Below, one piece after another: positions 33,791 to 42,631 of a DNA stretch of 64,000 nt (the stretch's first letter is position 1; every line of letters begins with the position of its first letter). Location: positions 114,420-178,419 of the IMG/VR virus record IMGVR_UViG_3300029928_000001; one strand, given 5' to 3'. This stretch comes from a virus (lineage: Duplodnaviria > Caudoviricetes). The notes under the pieces were generated by a model. That model saw nothing but the letters and a program-made list of their open reading frames with translations. It did no database searches and was not told where the DNA came from. The translations under genes and the position numbers were made by a program.

Positions 33791-33970
33791 ACTCGACAGC
33801 GGCCGGCCCACGGATGCGGGGGCCGGTTTTCCATTATACCACAACTCTACACACTTTGTCAAGCGAAAATTAATAAAAAAAATAAAAAAACTTTTTTCCT
33901 AAAACCCCTTGACAAACCGGTGTCCTTGTGTTATACTATAACTACAGTAAGGAAAGAAAGAGGTAACAAA

Positions 33971-34111
33971 ATGAAAGTATTCGTAGTATACAATTCGTTA
34001 AATCTTCCAGTTTTAACCACTGAAGACGAGTCCCTTGCAGACTGGACCGCCGCTTTTGAAGGTGGTTACTTTGTCGAGAAATTTGACAAAAATTACCACT
34101 TGACATGGTAA
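33971..34111 (+). CDS. Small hypothetical early protein (start corrected)
   Basis: Promoter 33909 and GAGGT RBS before MKVFVVYN. Confidence 0.6.
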   Translation: MKVFVVYNSLNLPVLTTEDESLADWTAAFEGGYFVEKFDKNYHLTW

Positions 34112-34157
34112 TCATTCTATGTTATAATAAGGTATAAACAAAAAGGAGATTGATAAA

Positions 34158-34901
34158 ATGAAAGAATTATTTATGACCATTGACACAGAAACCACAAACT
34201 CACTTGATGACCCATTGTGCTATGATGTTGGCGGTTGTATCCATGATGAACACGGCAAGGTATACAAGACATTTTCTTATGTAGTGTATGAGATTTTTTT
34301 CCAAGAGTTGGAATTAATGAAAACAAGTTACTTTGCTGAAAAGATTCCGCAGTATTTAGAAGAAATTGAAAACGGCACAAGAGTTGTGGCAAGATTTTCC
34401 ACAATCAAAAAAAGAATTGCTGAAATGTGCAAAAAGTACAATGTTCAAGCCATCATTGCTCACAATGCAAGATTTGATTATAAGTCTTTGTCAACAACAC
34501 AGAGGTTTTTAACTTCTTCCAAGTATAGGTATTTTCTTCCTTATGGTATTCCAGTTTATGATACTCTGAAAATGGCAAGAAATACCATTGTTAAGACAGA
34601 AGAATACAAAGTATTTTGTAAGAAACATGGTTTTGTGGCAAAAAATGGAAATCCAAGAGCAACAGCGGAAGTTCTTTACAGATTCTTAACAAATGATTTA
34701 GACTTTGTGGAAGAGCACACAGGCTTACAAGACACTTTAATTGAAAAGGAAATTTTTGTAAAGTGCTTACAGATTGACCCTAATGTGGAAAAAAATTGCT
34801 TTACACCAAAAATCTATTGTACTTGCGGTTGCCCTTGTTCCATGGCACGCATTAACGGCACTTGCAAGAAAACTGACAATAAATGTAAGTGGGGGTTTTA
34901 G
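34158..34901 (+). CDS. DEDDh 3'-5' exonuclease
   Basis: IDTETT, AHNARFD, EEHTGLQD; ends at TAG. Confidence 0.85.
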   Translation: MKELFMTIDTETTNSLDDPLCYDVGGCIHDEHGKVYKTFSYVVYEIFFQELELMKTSYFAEKIPQYLEEIENGTRVVARFSTIKKRIAEMCKKYNVQAIIAHNARFDYKSLSTTQRFLTSSKYRYFLPYGIPVYDTLKMARNTIVKTEEYKVFCKKHGFVAKNGNPRATAEVLYRFLTNDLDFVEEHTGLQDTLIEKEIFVKCLQIDPNVEKNCFTPKIYCTCGCPCSMARINGTCKKTDNKCKWGF

Positions 34902-34926
34902 CCCCCGCTTAGAAAGGTGGTAAAAA

Positions 34927-35139
34927 ATGGATTTACAAAAAGCGTATGAAATGGTATTTAATGATATGACAGGAAGAGGTTCCAGCTTTTTCCAAGGAAA
35001 TTATGATAGTAAAAATGGCAACAAAGAATTTATGTATGGTATTCTTACAGTAATGGAATTTATTTCCTATGAAGTAGGAGTGGAAGATTTTGACAATGTA
35101 TTTATAAAAAATATGGTAAAAAGTGAAGAAAAGGCTTGA
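34927..35139 (+). CDS. Hypothetical early protein
   Basis: AAGGTGG RBS, 70 aa. Confidence 0.6.
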   Translation: MDLQKAYEMVFNDMTGRGSSFFQGNYDSKNGNKEFMYGILTVMEFISYEVGVEDFDNVFIKNMVKSEEKA

Positions 35140-35544
35140 CATCAAGCCCTTTTTGTGGTATAATGGGTGCCCCGCGCACGGCTGAGGGCGCGGGTTTTTC
35201 ATTATACCACATTTGCACCCATTTTGTCAAGAGAAAAATGCGAAAAAAATAAAAAAACTTTTTTTCCTAAAACCCTTGACAAAATGGGTGTATGGGTGTA
35301 TACTATAAGAGTACTAAGGGTTAAGGCAAACGGCAAGCCTAAGAAAAACTTGAAAAAAGTTAAAAAAGTACTTGACAAATTACTTAACCTGTGGTATACT
35401 TAAAGAGTAGTAAGGGTTAAGGCAACAAAGCCAAAGTTAAAAAAGTTAAAAAAACCTCTTGACAAACTGCCGAATCCATGCTATAATAAGATATAAGATA
35501 AACCAAAGGGGTTGTGACCTACCACAAGAAAGAGAGTTGATACT

Positions 35545-35901
35545 ATGGAAAAGAAAATGACTAAAAAAGAAATGTTCGCCGCTATTATTGCAAAGTATGA
35601 CCTGACCACAGATGAAGTGGAATTCCTCAACCATGAGATTGAACTTTTGGAGAGAAAAGCGGGCAAAGACCGCAAACCAACAGCTAACCAGTTGGTAAAT
35701 GCTGGAATTAAAGAGGAAATTGTTTCCATTCTCACAGGAGCGGAACGCATGACTTGCACAGAGATTGCTAAGGCTCTTCAGCCGTCCCACACAGAGGATA
35801 TCTCCGTGAACAAGGTTTCCGCTCTGATGAAACAGCTTATTGAAGCTGGAAAGGTTGTAAAGACCGTTGAAAAGAGAAAGTCCTATTTCTCTGTAGCTTA
35901 A
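35545..35901 (+). CDS. MEKKMTK-family winged-helix protein, copy 1
   Basis: MTCTEIAK...VSALMKQL...GKVVK wHTH pattern; paralog of 38088 and 59587. Confidence 0.75.
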   Translation: MEKKMTKKEMFAAIIAKYDLTTDEVEFLNHEIELLERKAGKDRKPTANQLVNAGIKEEIVSILTGAERMTCTEIAKALQPSHTEDISVNKVSALMKQLIEAGKVVKTVEKRKSYFSVA

Positions 35902-35957
35902 TTCCAAAGGCGGGGGAATAAATCCCCCGCCAATAAAAAAGAAAGAGGTGGTAAAAA

Positions 35958-36188
35958 ATGCCAATGAATTTTGAAATCAAAGTTGAAAAACAAGACAGTT
36001 TATCCCAAGAAGAAAATAACATTATTCGTGCTTTACAGATTTTACAAGATGTTTGTTCAAGTCATGATAACTGTAGAATTGTTTGCCCATTATGGAGCAT
36101 GGAACTGGAAGAATGTGTAATATCTTATTGCACCAATCCATTAGACATAGACATCAACCCATGCCGAACTTTTAGGGCGGTAAAATAA
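35958..36188 (+). CDS. Small Cys-rich protein
   Basis: RBS GAGGTGG; multiple Cys. Confidence 0.6.
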   Translation: MPMNFEIKVEKQDSLSQEENNIIRALQILQDVCSSHDNCRIVCPLWSMELEECVISYCTNPLDIDINPCRTFRAVK

Positions 36189-36249
36189 TCCGCCTATTGA
36201 CTTTTATAATTTATTATGTTATAATAAATTATAAAGAAAAATAAAGGAG

Positions 36250-36639
36250 TTGATACCTATGGCAAAACCTACCAGAGAACACATTGAAAAGTTGATGAAA
36301 AATCTTGATTTGACGGAAGAAGAAGCACTGGAACTTATTGCCAGTGATGATGAGGTAGACCACATGAAAGCAAGTGCTGTCAATGATGATTTAACAGACG
36401 CCCAAAAGAAAGCAAGCAAGAAAGCCCGTTCAAGTGGTAAGACCACCGTCGGCAAAACTAAAGTAGTTAAAGAGAAAAAGATTGATGATGACAAAGTTTT
36501 CCTTGTAAAAACTTTCCAGTCGCTCTTGGAAAATCTTAACAATACAGAAAATGTAAATGTTGAGAATGAGCAAAAAATTATTACATTTAATTACAATGGA
36601 AGAAAATTCAAGATTGACTTGTCAGCACCAAGAAAGTAA
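36250..36639 (+). CDS. Hypothetical protein, paralog of 38481-38837
   Basis: Shared ASD..D.M....N.DLTD.QKK and NVEN.....F..NG....I.L...RK. Confidence 0.7.
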   Translation: MIPMAKPTREHIEKLMKNLDLTEEEALELIASDDEVDHMKASAVNDDLTDAQKKASKKARSSGKTTVGKTKVVKEKKIDDDKVFLVKTFQSLLENLNNTENVNVENEQKIITFNYNGRKFKIDLSAPRK

Positions 36640-36891
36640 AATTTAGACAGGAATTAAATTCCTGCCTATTTTTTCCATAGTTTTTGGAAAACTCTGTCAG
36701 TCTTGGGAGAAATTTCCAGGCGGCCGCCCGCTCTCGAATGAGGCGGGCAGTTTTCCACATTTTTACAGTATTGGCACAATTTTTCAACCAAAAGAACATG
36801 AAAAAATTTTAAAGAAATTTGCCCGAAACCCCTTGACACGGTACGCAATTCATGTTATAATAAGGTATACCAAGAGGAAAGGAGAAAGAAC

Positions 36892-37107
36892 ATGGAAAAG
36901 GTAATGATTTACACTTTAGAACCTGTTGACGCATTTACATTTAATTACTTTTATGGGGTAGCTACTACCATGAGAGAAAAAGTAAAGAATTTATCTTCTA
37001 TTATTGAAGATGTAAAGTTTAACTATGAAGATGATGAAGAATTAACTGTCTACTGGGCAGACGGCACAAGCACAGATTATTTTATTCAAGAAAAGGAGTT
37101 GATTTAA
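36892..37107 (+). CDS. Hypothetical early protein
   Basis: Own promoter, AAGGAG RBS. Confidence 0.65.
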   Translation: MEKVMIYTLEPVDAFTFNYFYGVATTMREKVKNLSSIIEDVKFNYEDDEELTVYWADGTSTDYFIQEKELI

Positions 37108-37109
37108 TA

Positions 37110-37598
37110 ATGAATAATTTTATTATCTTTTTTACACTTTTAACACTTGCCAATGTTATTATCCAAACGGTAAAATCACTTGTCACCATTAAAGGGGGCA
37201 AGTGGACGGCGGCAACGGTCAACGCAATAACTTTTGCACTTTATACCTATGTTATTTTCTTCACTGCCGTTGAGGGTATTGCCCTTTGGCAAAAGGCTTT
37301 AATCACTGGATTATGTAACTTTGCGGGAGTGCTTGCCGTGAAGTGGCTTGAAGAGAAAACCGCAAAAGACAAACTTTGGATTTATAACTGTACTGCCAAA
37401 GTGGACGGCACAGAAATCAAAAAAATTGCAGAATTGCTTAAGGAAATGAACATTTCATTGACTTATAATGAATTAAAAGATGAATTGTTTACAATGAGTA
37501 TTTACTCATACACACAAAAAGAATCTGAAATGATTAAAAGTGTATTAGAAAATTATGATGTAAAATATTGTGTAATTGAAACAAAGGGGGTAAAATAA
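37110..37598 (+). CDS. Membrane protein, 3 TM helices plus soluble C-domain (DUF5698/DUF2179-like)
   Basis: Three hydrophobic segments followed by a ferredoxin-like-sized C-terminus. Confidence 0.6.
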   Translation: MNNFIIFFTLLTLANVIIQTVKSLVTIKGGKWTAATVNAITFALYTYVIFFTAVEGIALWQKALITGLCNFAGVLAVKWLEEKTAKDKLWIYNCTAKVDGTEIKKIAELLKEMNISLTYNELKDELFTMSIYSYTQKESEMIKSVLENYDVKYCVIETKGVK

Positions 37599-37810
37599 TG
37601 GAAATTAGAGTTGTAAAAAATAATTATAGACCATTTAGAGAAGTAGCGACAGGAGAAGTGTTCTTGTATAACAATGAACACTACATGCGGACAGAGAGTT
37701 ATGGCGGTTGGGGTATCAATGCTGTGAATTTATTCACAGGTGAGTTGATTACCTTAAATCAAGCTGATAGTGTAATTCTTGAAGATAACTGTTATTTAGC
37801 TATTGAATAA
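37598..37810 (+). CDS. Hypothetical protein
   Basis: TAATG-coupled, followed by hairpin. Confidence 0.65.
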   Translation: MEIRVVKNNYRPFREVATGEVFLYNNEHYMRTESYGGWGINAVNLFTGELITLNQADSVILEDNCYLAIE

Positions 37811-38087
37811 ACAAGAGCCTGGATTTTTCCAGGCTTTTCCAGTCTCTCGAGGGCCCTTCCAGAAATTTACAGAAACTTTTTTAGAAAACCTCTTGACAGG
37901 ATAGCCCCATTATGTTATACTATAATTGTTCCAAGGAAGAGAATAAAAAGTGAGCAAATAAGCTCAAAGAAAAAAATAAAAAAAGTTTGAAAAACCCTTG
38001 ACAACAACAACTGAATATGTTATAATAAGGTATAAGTTAAAGAAAGGGTACCGCCACCTAAGAGCGGAGAAAGAGAAGTGGTAAATT

Positions 38088-38450
38088 ATGGAAAAGAAAA
38101 TGACTAAAAAGGAAATGTTTGCACAGATTATCAGAAACTACAATCTGACAACAGAGGAAGTAGACTTCCTTAACCATGAGATTGAATTGTTAGCAAGAAA
38201 AGCTGGCAAGGATAGAAAGCCAACTGCTAATCAGTTAGCTAACCAGTCCTTAAAGGCTGAAATGTTGGCACTTATGGAAGATAACAGACTGTACACTTGT
38301 ACAGAGTTATCCAAGGAGTTACAGAAAACTCATGTTGAGGATATTTCTGTAAATAAGACTTCCGCATTACTTACACAGTTAGTCACAGAGGGTTCTGTAG
38401 AAAAAACTGTAGAGAAAAGAAAGTCTTACTTCTCCAAGGTTTTAGGTTAG
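38088..38450 (+). CDS. MEKKMTK-family winged-helix protein, copy 2 (TAG stop)
   Basis: Closely similar to 35545-35901. Confidence 0.75.
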   Translation: MEKKMTKKEMFAQIIRNYNLTTEEVDFLNHEIELLARKAGKDRKPTANQLANQSLKAEMLALMEDNRLYTCTELSKELQKTHVEDISVNKTSALLTQLVTEGSVEKTVEKRKSYFSKVLG

Positions 38451-38480
38451 GCTCATGCCTAACCTAAAGGGGGCAAGCCT

Positions 38481-38837
38481 ATGACCCAAAAGGAAAAGTT
38501 AATAAAGTTAGGTATGACCGAGTCAGAGGCGGACAATGTTCTTGCCTCTGACCGTCAAATTGATAAAATGACCCGCATGGCTGACATCAATTCAGATTTG
38601 ACTGATGAACAAAAAAAGGTAGTAAAACAATCAAAAAATGTTAAAAATTATACCAAAACGGCAAGAAAACCAAAAGAAAAGGTTGAAAATGCGGAAAAAG
38701 TAGAGATAATTGCGCAAATAGCTGACTGTTTGATGCCTATAGTTGACTGTTTAAGCGTGGAAAATGCCGAAAGGGTGATAAAATTTACAAAAAACGGGCA
38801 AAATTATTCAATTACACTAACAAAACATAGGAAATAG
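38481..38837 (+). CDS. Hypothetical protein, paralog of 36250-36639 (TAG stop)
   Basis: Ends ...HRK-TAG, where the paralog ends ...PRK-TAA; terminator overlaps. Confidence 0.7.
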   Translation: MTQKEKLIKLGMTESEADNVLASDRQIDKMTRMADINSDLTDEQKKVVKQSKNVKNYTKTARKPKEKVENAEKVEIIAQIADCLMPIVDCLSVENAERVIKFTKNGQNYSITLTKHRK

Positions 38838-39033
38838 GGGAGAAATCCTCTATTTTTATTTTGGCTCGCCGCTCACTGAAGCGAGAGGCGAGAGTTTTCA
38901 TTTATGGTATCTCTTACCAATTTTGGCAAATAAAAACTGGAAATTACTTCTATTAAATTTTTTCCTAAAATCTATTGACAATTTGCGCAAGCTATGCTAT
39001 ACTATAGATACAGTAAAGAGAGGAGATAAAAAA

Positions 39034-39225
39034 ATGGATAAAAGATTTTATGAATTAAACAAAGAAGAGATGCAAGAAATGAGAAATACTCTGTGGGATG
39101 CATTCATGGAGCAGTTAAAAGATTGGATTCCTAATTATGAATGGGAAGAACTGGAAGAACTTCCAATGTCTGAACAAGATGAAATTTTAGAGAATTTAAT
39201 GAATAAAGTTAAAAAAGATTTATAA
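39034..39225 (+). CDS. Small acidic early protein (start corrected)
   Basis: Promoter 38975, AGGAG RBS. Confidence 0.65.
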   Translation: MDKRFYELNKEEMQEMRNTLWDAFMEQLKDWIPNYEWEELEELPMSEQDEILENLMNKVKKDL

Positions 39226-39281
39226 AAACCTGTTGACAAAGTATTATACTGTTAGTATAATAAAAAAAGGAGAATAGAAAA

Positions 39282-39488
39282 ATGGATAAAAAATATTATA
39301 ACAAGCCAACGCAAGTAAAATTTTATGATGTAGACAATGATTTGTGGGTAGGCGGTATTGCTTACCATGATGAAATTATTTGCGGATGTTGTGGCGGTAT
39401 TCAAAAAATTAGTGAGCTTAAGGAAGATGAAATTATTGAGTATACTTATTGGGTAAATATTAGTGATGAAATTAAAGGAGACTGGTAG
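39282..39488 (+). CDS. Small early protein (TAG stop inside terminator)
   Basis: Promoter 39233; TGGTAGGC-TGGAAAA-GCCTACCA followed by T-run. Confidence 0.65.
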   Translation: MDKKYYNKPTQVKFYDVDNDLWVGGIAYHDEIICGCCGGIQKISELKEDEIIEYTYWVNISDEIKGDW

Positions 39489-39952
39489 GCTGGAAAAGCC
39501 TACCATTTTTTTTATGTCCATTTGGCGGGTCGCCCTCGGAGGGGGAGACCCGTAATCCCCTCCCTCACCTCATATGGCAATTTTTTCTGGTGAAAGTCGA
39601 CCCCGCATATGCGCCTCTTCATTCCCGAAACTTTGCTACACAAGAGAGGGACCCCCAGCCCTGCGGGCCGAGAATGAATTATCCAAAGGCGCCCCCATAT
39701 GGGCGCCCAGAGAGTGTAAAGCGTTTCTTTATTTGAAAAATTTAAAAAAATATGTTATAATTAAAAAAACGGCATTTTTAAGCCGCGAGACACAAAAAAA
39801 AGTAGGTAATTAACCTACCTTTTATCTATTTGCCACGATTTTGGGCTTTGACAAGCCCAAATGAGAAAATATTCAGCCCATTATTTTTAATGGGAATAGA
39901 CGGCCATCTAGCTTTTCTACGGATAGCAAAGTTAATAAGGAAGTGAGAGCTT

Positions 39953-40639
39953 TTAAAATACACACCTTTCATAAACTGGCACCTTAATCGGCCTTACCCC
40001 ATATGTTAAATAATACTCATTTAATCCGCTCAAGAATCTTTTATTTTTCTCAGCCCCAATGCGCATATACGCTTCTTGCTAAGTAATATTACCCTCTTTT
40101 AATTCTGTCAATAAATCTTCTTCTTCTTTAATATTAATACTAAAATTAAACATTCCTCTTAATGTTTCTACTTCTTCATCACTCATTAATACATACGCAT
40201 TTTTATTCGGATCTAAATAACACCATCTATAATCAGTTTTAGTATAATAGCCCTGTTCAACTAACTCTTTTAAATTAACTCTAGTATAACAGGTAATAGT
40301 AGATAATTTCAAATCTAAAGCCTATATTTCTCCTTCTACTGATATAATTCTTGCTATATTAGATCCTGTCTACCGATTATCTGTTTCAATTGTTTCTTTA
40401 ATTTTGTCTTGAAATAATGTCTTACGTTTTAAATTAGAATATTCTTTATACGGAATAAAATCTCCATACTATTCATGAAATATATAATAAATACTATTGC
40501 CTTTTATTATAATTTCATAGTCATAAAAATATTTAAGATGCTATTCCTATATATTACGTTTATTCCTTAATGTTCCATAAGATATACCTAACTCTTTAGC
40601 TAATTCTTTTGAAGAATATTTTTTTTCTAATTCTATCAT
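39953..40639 (-). CDS. HTH-containing protein, 228 aa, several in-frame TAG (possible replication/regulatory protein)
   Basis: MIELEKKYSSKELAKELGISYGTLRN; AAAGGA RBS; in frame with 40079-40312; ends TAA. Confidence 0.7.
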
Positions 40640-41141
40640 TGCTCTAATCCTTTCTTAATAGTTAACTAGTAGCGTCATTGTAACGAAATTTTTTCGGTCT
40701 GTATATATATAGAGCGCAAAAATTTAGTGACAATGATACAACTGTCATTTATATATAAAAGAAACCAAGAGAGAATTGATAAACATTGCCCAAATTAAAA
40801 AAGTATTCATTTTTATTAAACTAAATAAAATCTCTTAAGTTTGATAAAAATGAATACTTTAGCGGGAACTTGTTCCTGCTGGGAGAAGGGAGAAAGAAAT
40901 TTTGAAATGAAATTTTGGTAGAGTCCTTTTTTGAGATGAAAATTATAGAGTTTCCTTTTAGGGGAACGAAGTTCCCCTAAGGCCAGAAGAGAAAGATATG
41001 ATTGCTATTACTATAACGATTGCAATAAAAACTGCGGGAGGTGGTGGTGGCGCGAGGGGCAGGCAACTCCCACCATTTGTGCAATTAACATACTCCCACC
41101 ATTTATGCGGTTAACACCGCACTATTTTACCCATCCAACCC

Positions 41142-42071
41142 TTAATACTTATACTCACAAACTCTACCCGCTAAATTCCCCTCAGGCTCCAAAAGCGCAA
41201 TAGTAGCAAGTTCCATACTTTTCACATCACGTTCAGTTAAAGTAATATTAGCATTTAACCTTGCTACATCAATCAACCTTACAAATTCAATATCATCCTC
41301 TGGTTTTATCATGCTATAAAATTTTAATTCTTTACTACCCATTTGAATCTTTTCTTTGTGCTCATTCCACCTTAATTCAAAATCTCTCATAGTCATACCC
41401 ACATATAATAAACTACCATTTTTATAAATACCATAAATTCCAAAAGAATCAGCAGCTGATAAATGCTTATACTCTCCTTCAATACCACAACTATATCCTG
41501 CTTTATTCTTAAATCGCCTAAACACATAAGATTTTTTCGTTAAAGCGCTTAATTTATCAACATAACCTTCTTTAATTTTTATATTGCCCTGCCAATCAAC
41601 TTTCATCCACGCATGTTCATTATCTAATATAGTCCAATAAACAGATAAAATATCTTCCCAATTATAATATTCTCCTATATGATTTTCTATCCATTCTCTA
41701 TCTCTAAATTTATCTTTATATAATTCTTTATACTTTTTTGCTAATTCTTTTTCATATTCTTTATCTATTTTATCTTGCTCTTCCTTTTTCTTTTTTCGTT
41801 CAATATCTTCTTTAAATTCAATATACTTATTAGGTTTTAATAAACAAGTATATTCATACCAATTTCTACTTAATTTAAGGCCTTCACAATATTTTTTCTG
41901 AATATATCCAATTTCTTTCTTAGAAATAACAATTGTTTTATTTTGCGCAACTGCATCTTTTAATCCATATTTTTCATCTAAATAACTATATGCTTCTGCT
42001 AGCATTTTCGCTTTTGCCTTACTTAAATTTCTATTTACACCTAAATCATATATTTCTTCTGCTGTATACAT
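41142..42071 (-). CDS. Protein with C-terminal GIY-YIG nuclease domain
   Basis: GIYGIY...LYVGMT...RWNEH...E motif. Confidence 0.7.
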   Translation of the reverse strand: MYTAEEIYDLGVNRNLSKAKAKMLAEAYSYLDEKYGLKDAVAQNKTIVISKKEIGYIQKKYCEGLKLSRNWYEYTCLLKPNKYIEFKEDIERKKKKEEQDKIDKEYEKELAKKYKELYKDKFRDREWIENHIGEYYNWEDILSVYWTILDNEHAWMKVDWQGNIKIKEGYVDKLSALTKKSYVFRRFKNKAGYSCGIEGEYKHLSAADSFGIYGIYKNGSLLYVGMTMRDFELRWNEHKEKIQMGSKELKFYSMIKPEDDIEFVRLIDVARLNANITLTERDVKSMELATIALLEPEGNLAGRVCEYKY

Positions 42072-42082
42072 TTTAATCTCCT

Positions 42083-42631
42083 TTAAAATATAAACTCATC
42101 TCTTTCAGCGACCGGTAGAGTTTTTGCGGCGTCAGCCGTAAAAACTCCCTTTCCGACGTTTTTTACGTCAGTAAAAAACCCGGAAAACGTAACATTATCA
42201 TTGGGGTTTTTCCGGTTATTACGTGTTATATCTTCAACCTTTTTTACGGGTTCTTGCTTTTTCTTACGGAAATACTTTTCTAAAGAACTAACTGAACAAC
42301 CTATTTGCGCAGCTATGTCTTTATAAGTATAACCCTGCGCGCGCAACTCATCAGCTTTATTATAATCAATAGTAGAAGGTCTTCCTCCCTTCGACCCATT
42401 CTCTCGCGCAGCTACATATCTATCTTTAGCACTACTTATAGAAGTAATGGTTTGTTCTAATCCATAAGCCCATACAATATCATCCTCTTCTGGAATAATA
42501 CCATATAGACCATAATTACAAACTGCCTCTAAAAACATATCCGCAGCTTCTAAACTAACTAATTTCTTTAATCTTAAATAATTCTTAAAAGTGCTTTCAT
42601 AAAATACAAAACTTTCAGTATTTAATGCCAT
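42083..42631 (-). CDS. Replication-initiator-like protein (DUF6291-like N-terminus plus HTH)
   Basis: ESFVFYES...YGLYG...RENGSKGGRP followed by TYKDIAAQIGCSVS. Confidence 0.65.
   Translation of the reverse strand: MALNTESFVFYESTFKNYLRLKKLVSLEAADMFLEAVCNYGLYGIIPEEDDIVWAYGLEQTITSISSAKDRYVAARENGSKGGRPSTIDYNKADELRAQGYTYKDIAAQIGCSVSSLEKYFRKKKQEPVKKVEDITRNNRKNPNDNVTFSGFFTDVKNVGKGVFTADAAKTLPVAERDEFIF

Larger units (their letters stand above)
30747..39260 (+). promoter_or_regulatory. Array of about 18 near-consensus sigma-A early promoters
   Basis: TTGACA-~17-TATAAT/TATACT/TACTAT, often with extended TG, at 30747, 31161, 31398, 31675, 32024, 32676, 33239, 33909, 34100, 35136, 35276, 35372, 35459, 36833, 37893, 37998, 38975, 39233. 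Confidence 0.85.
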
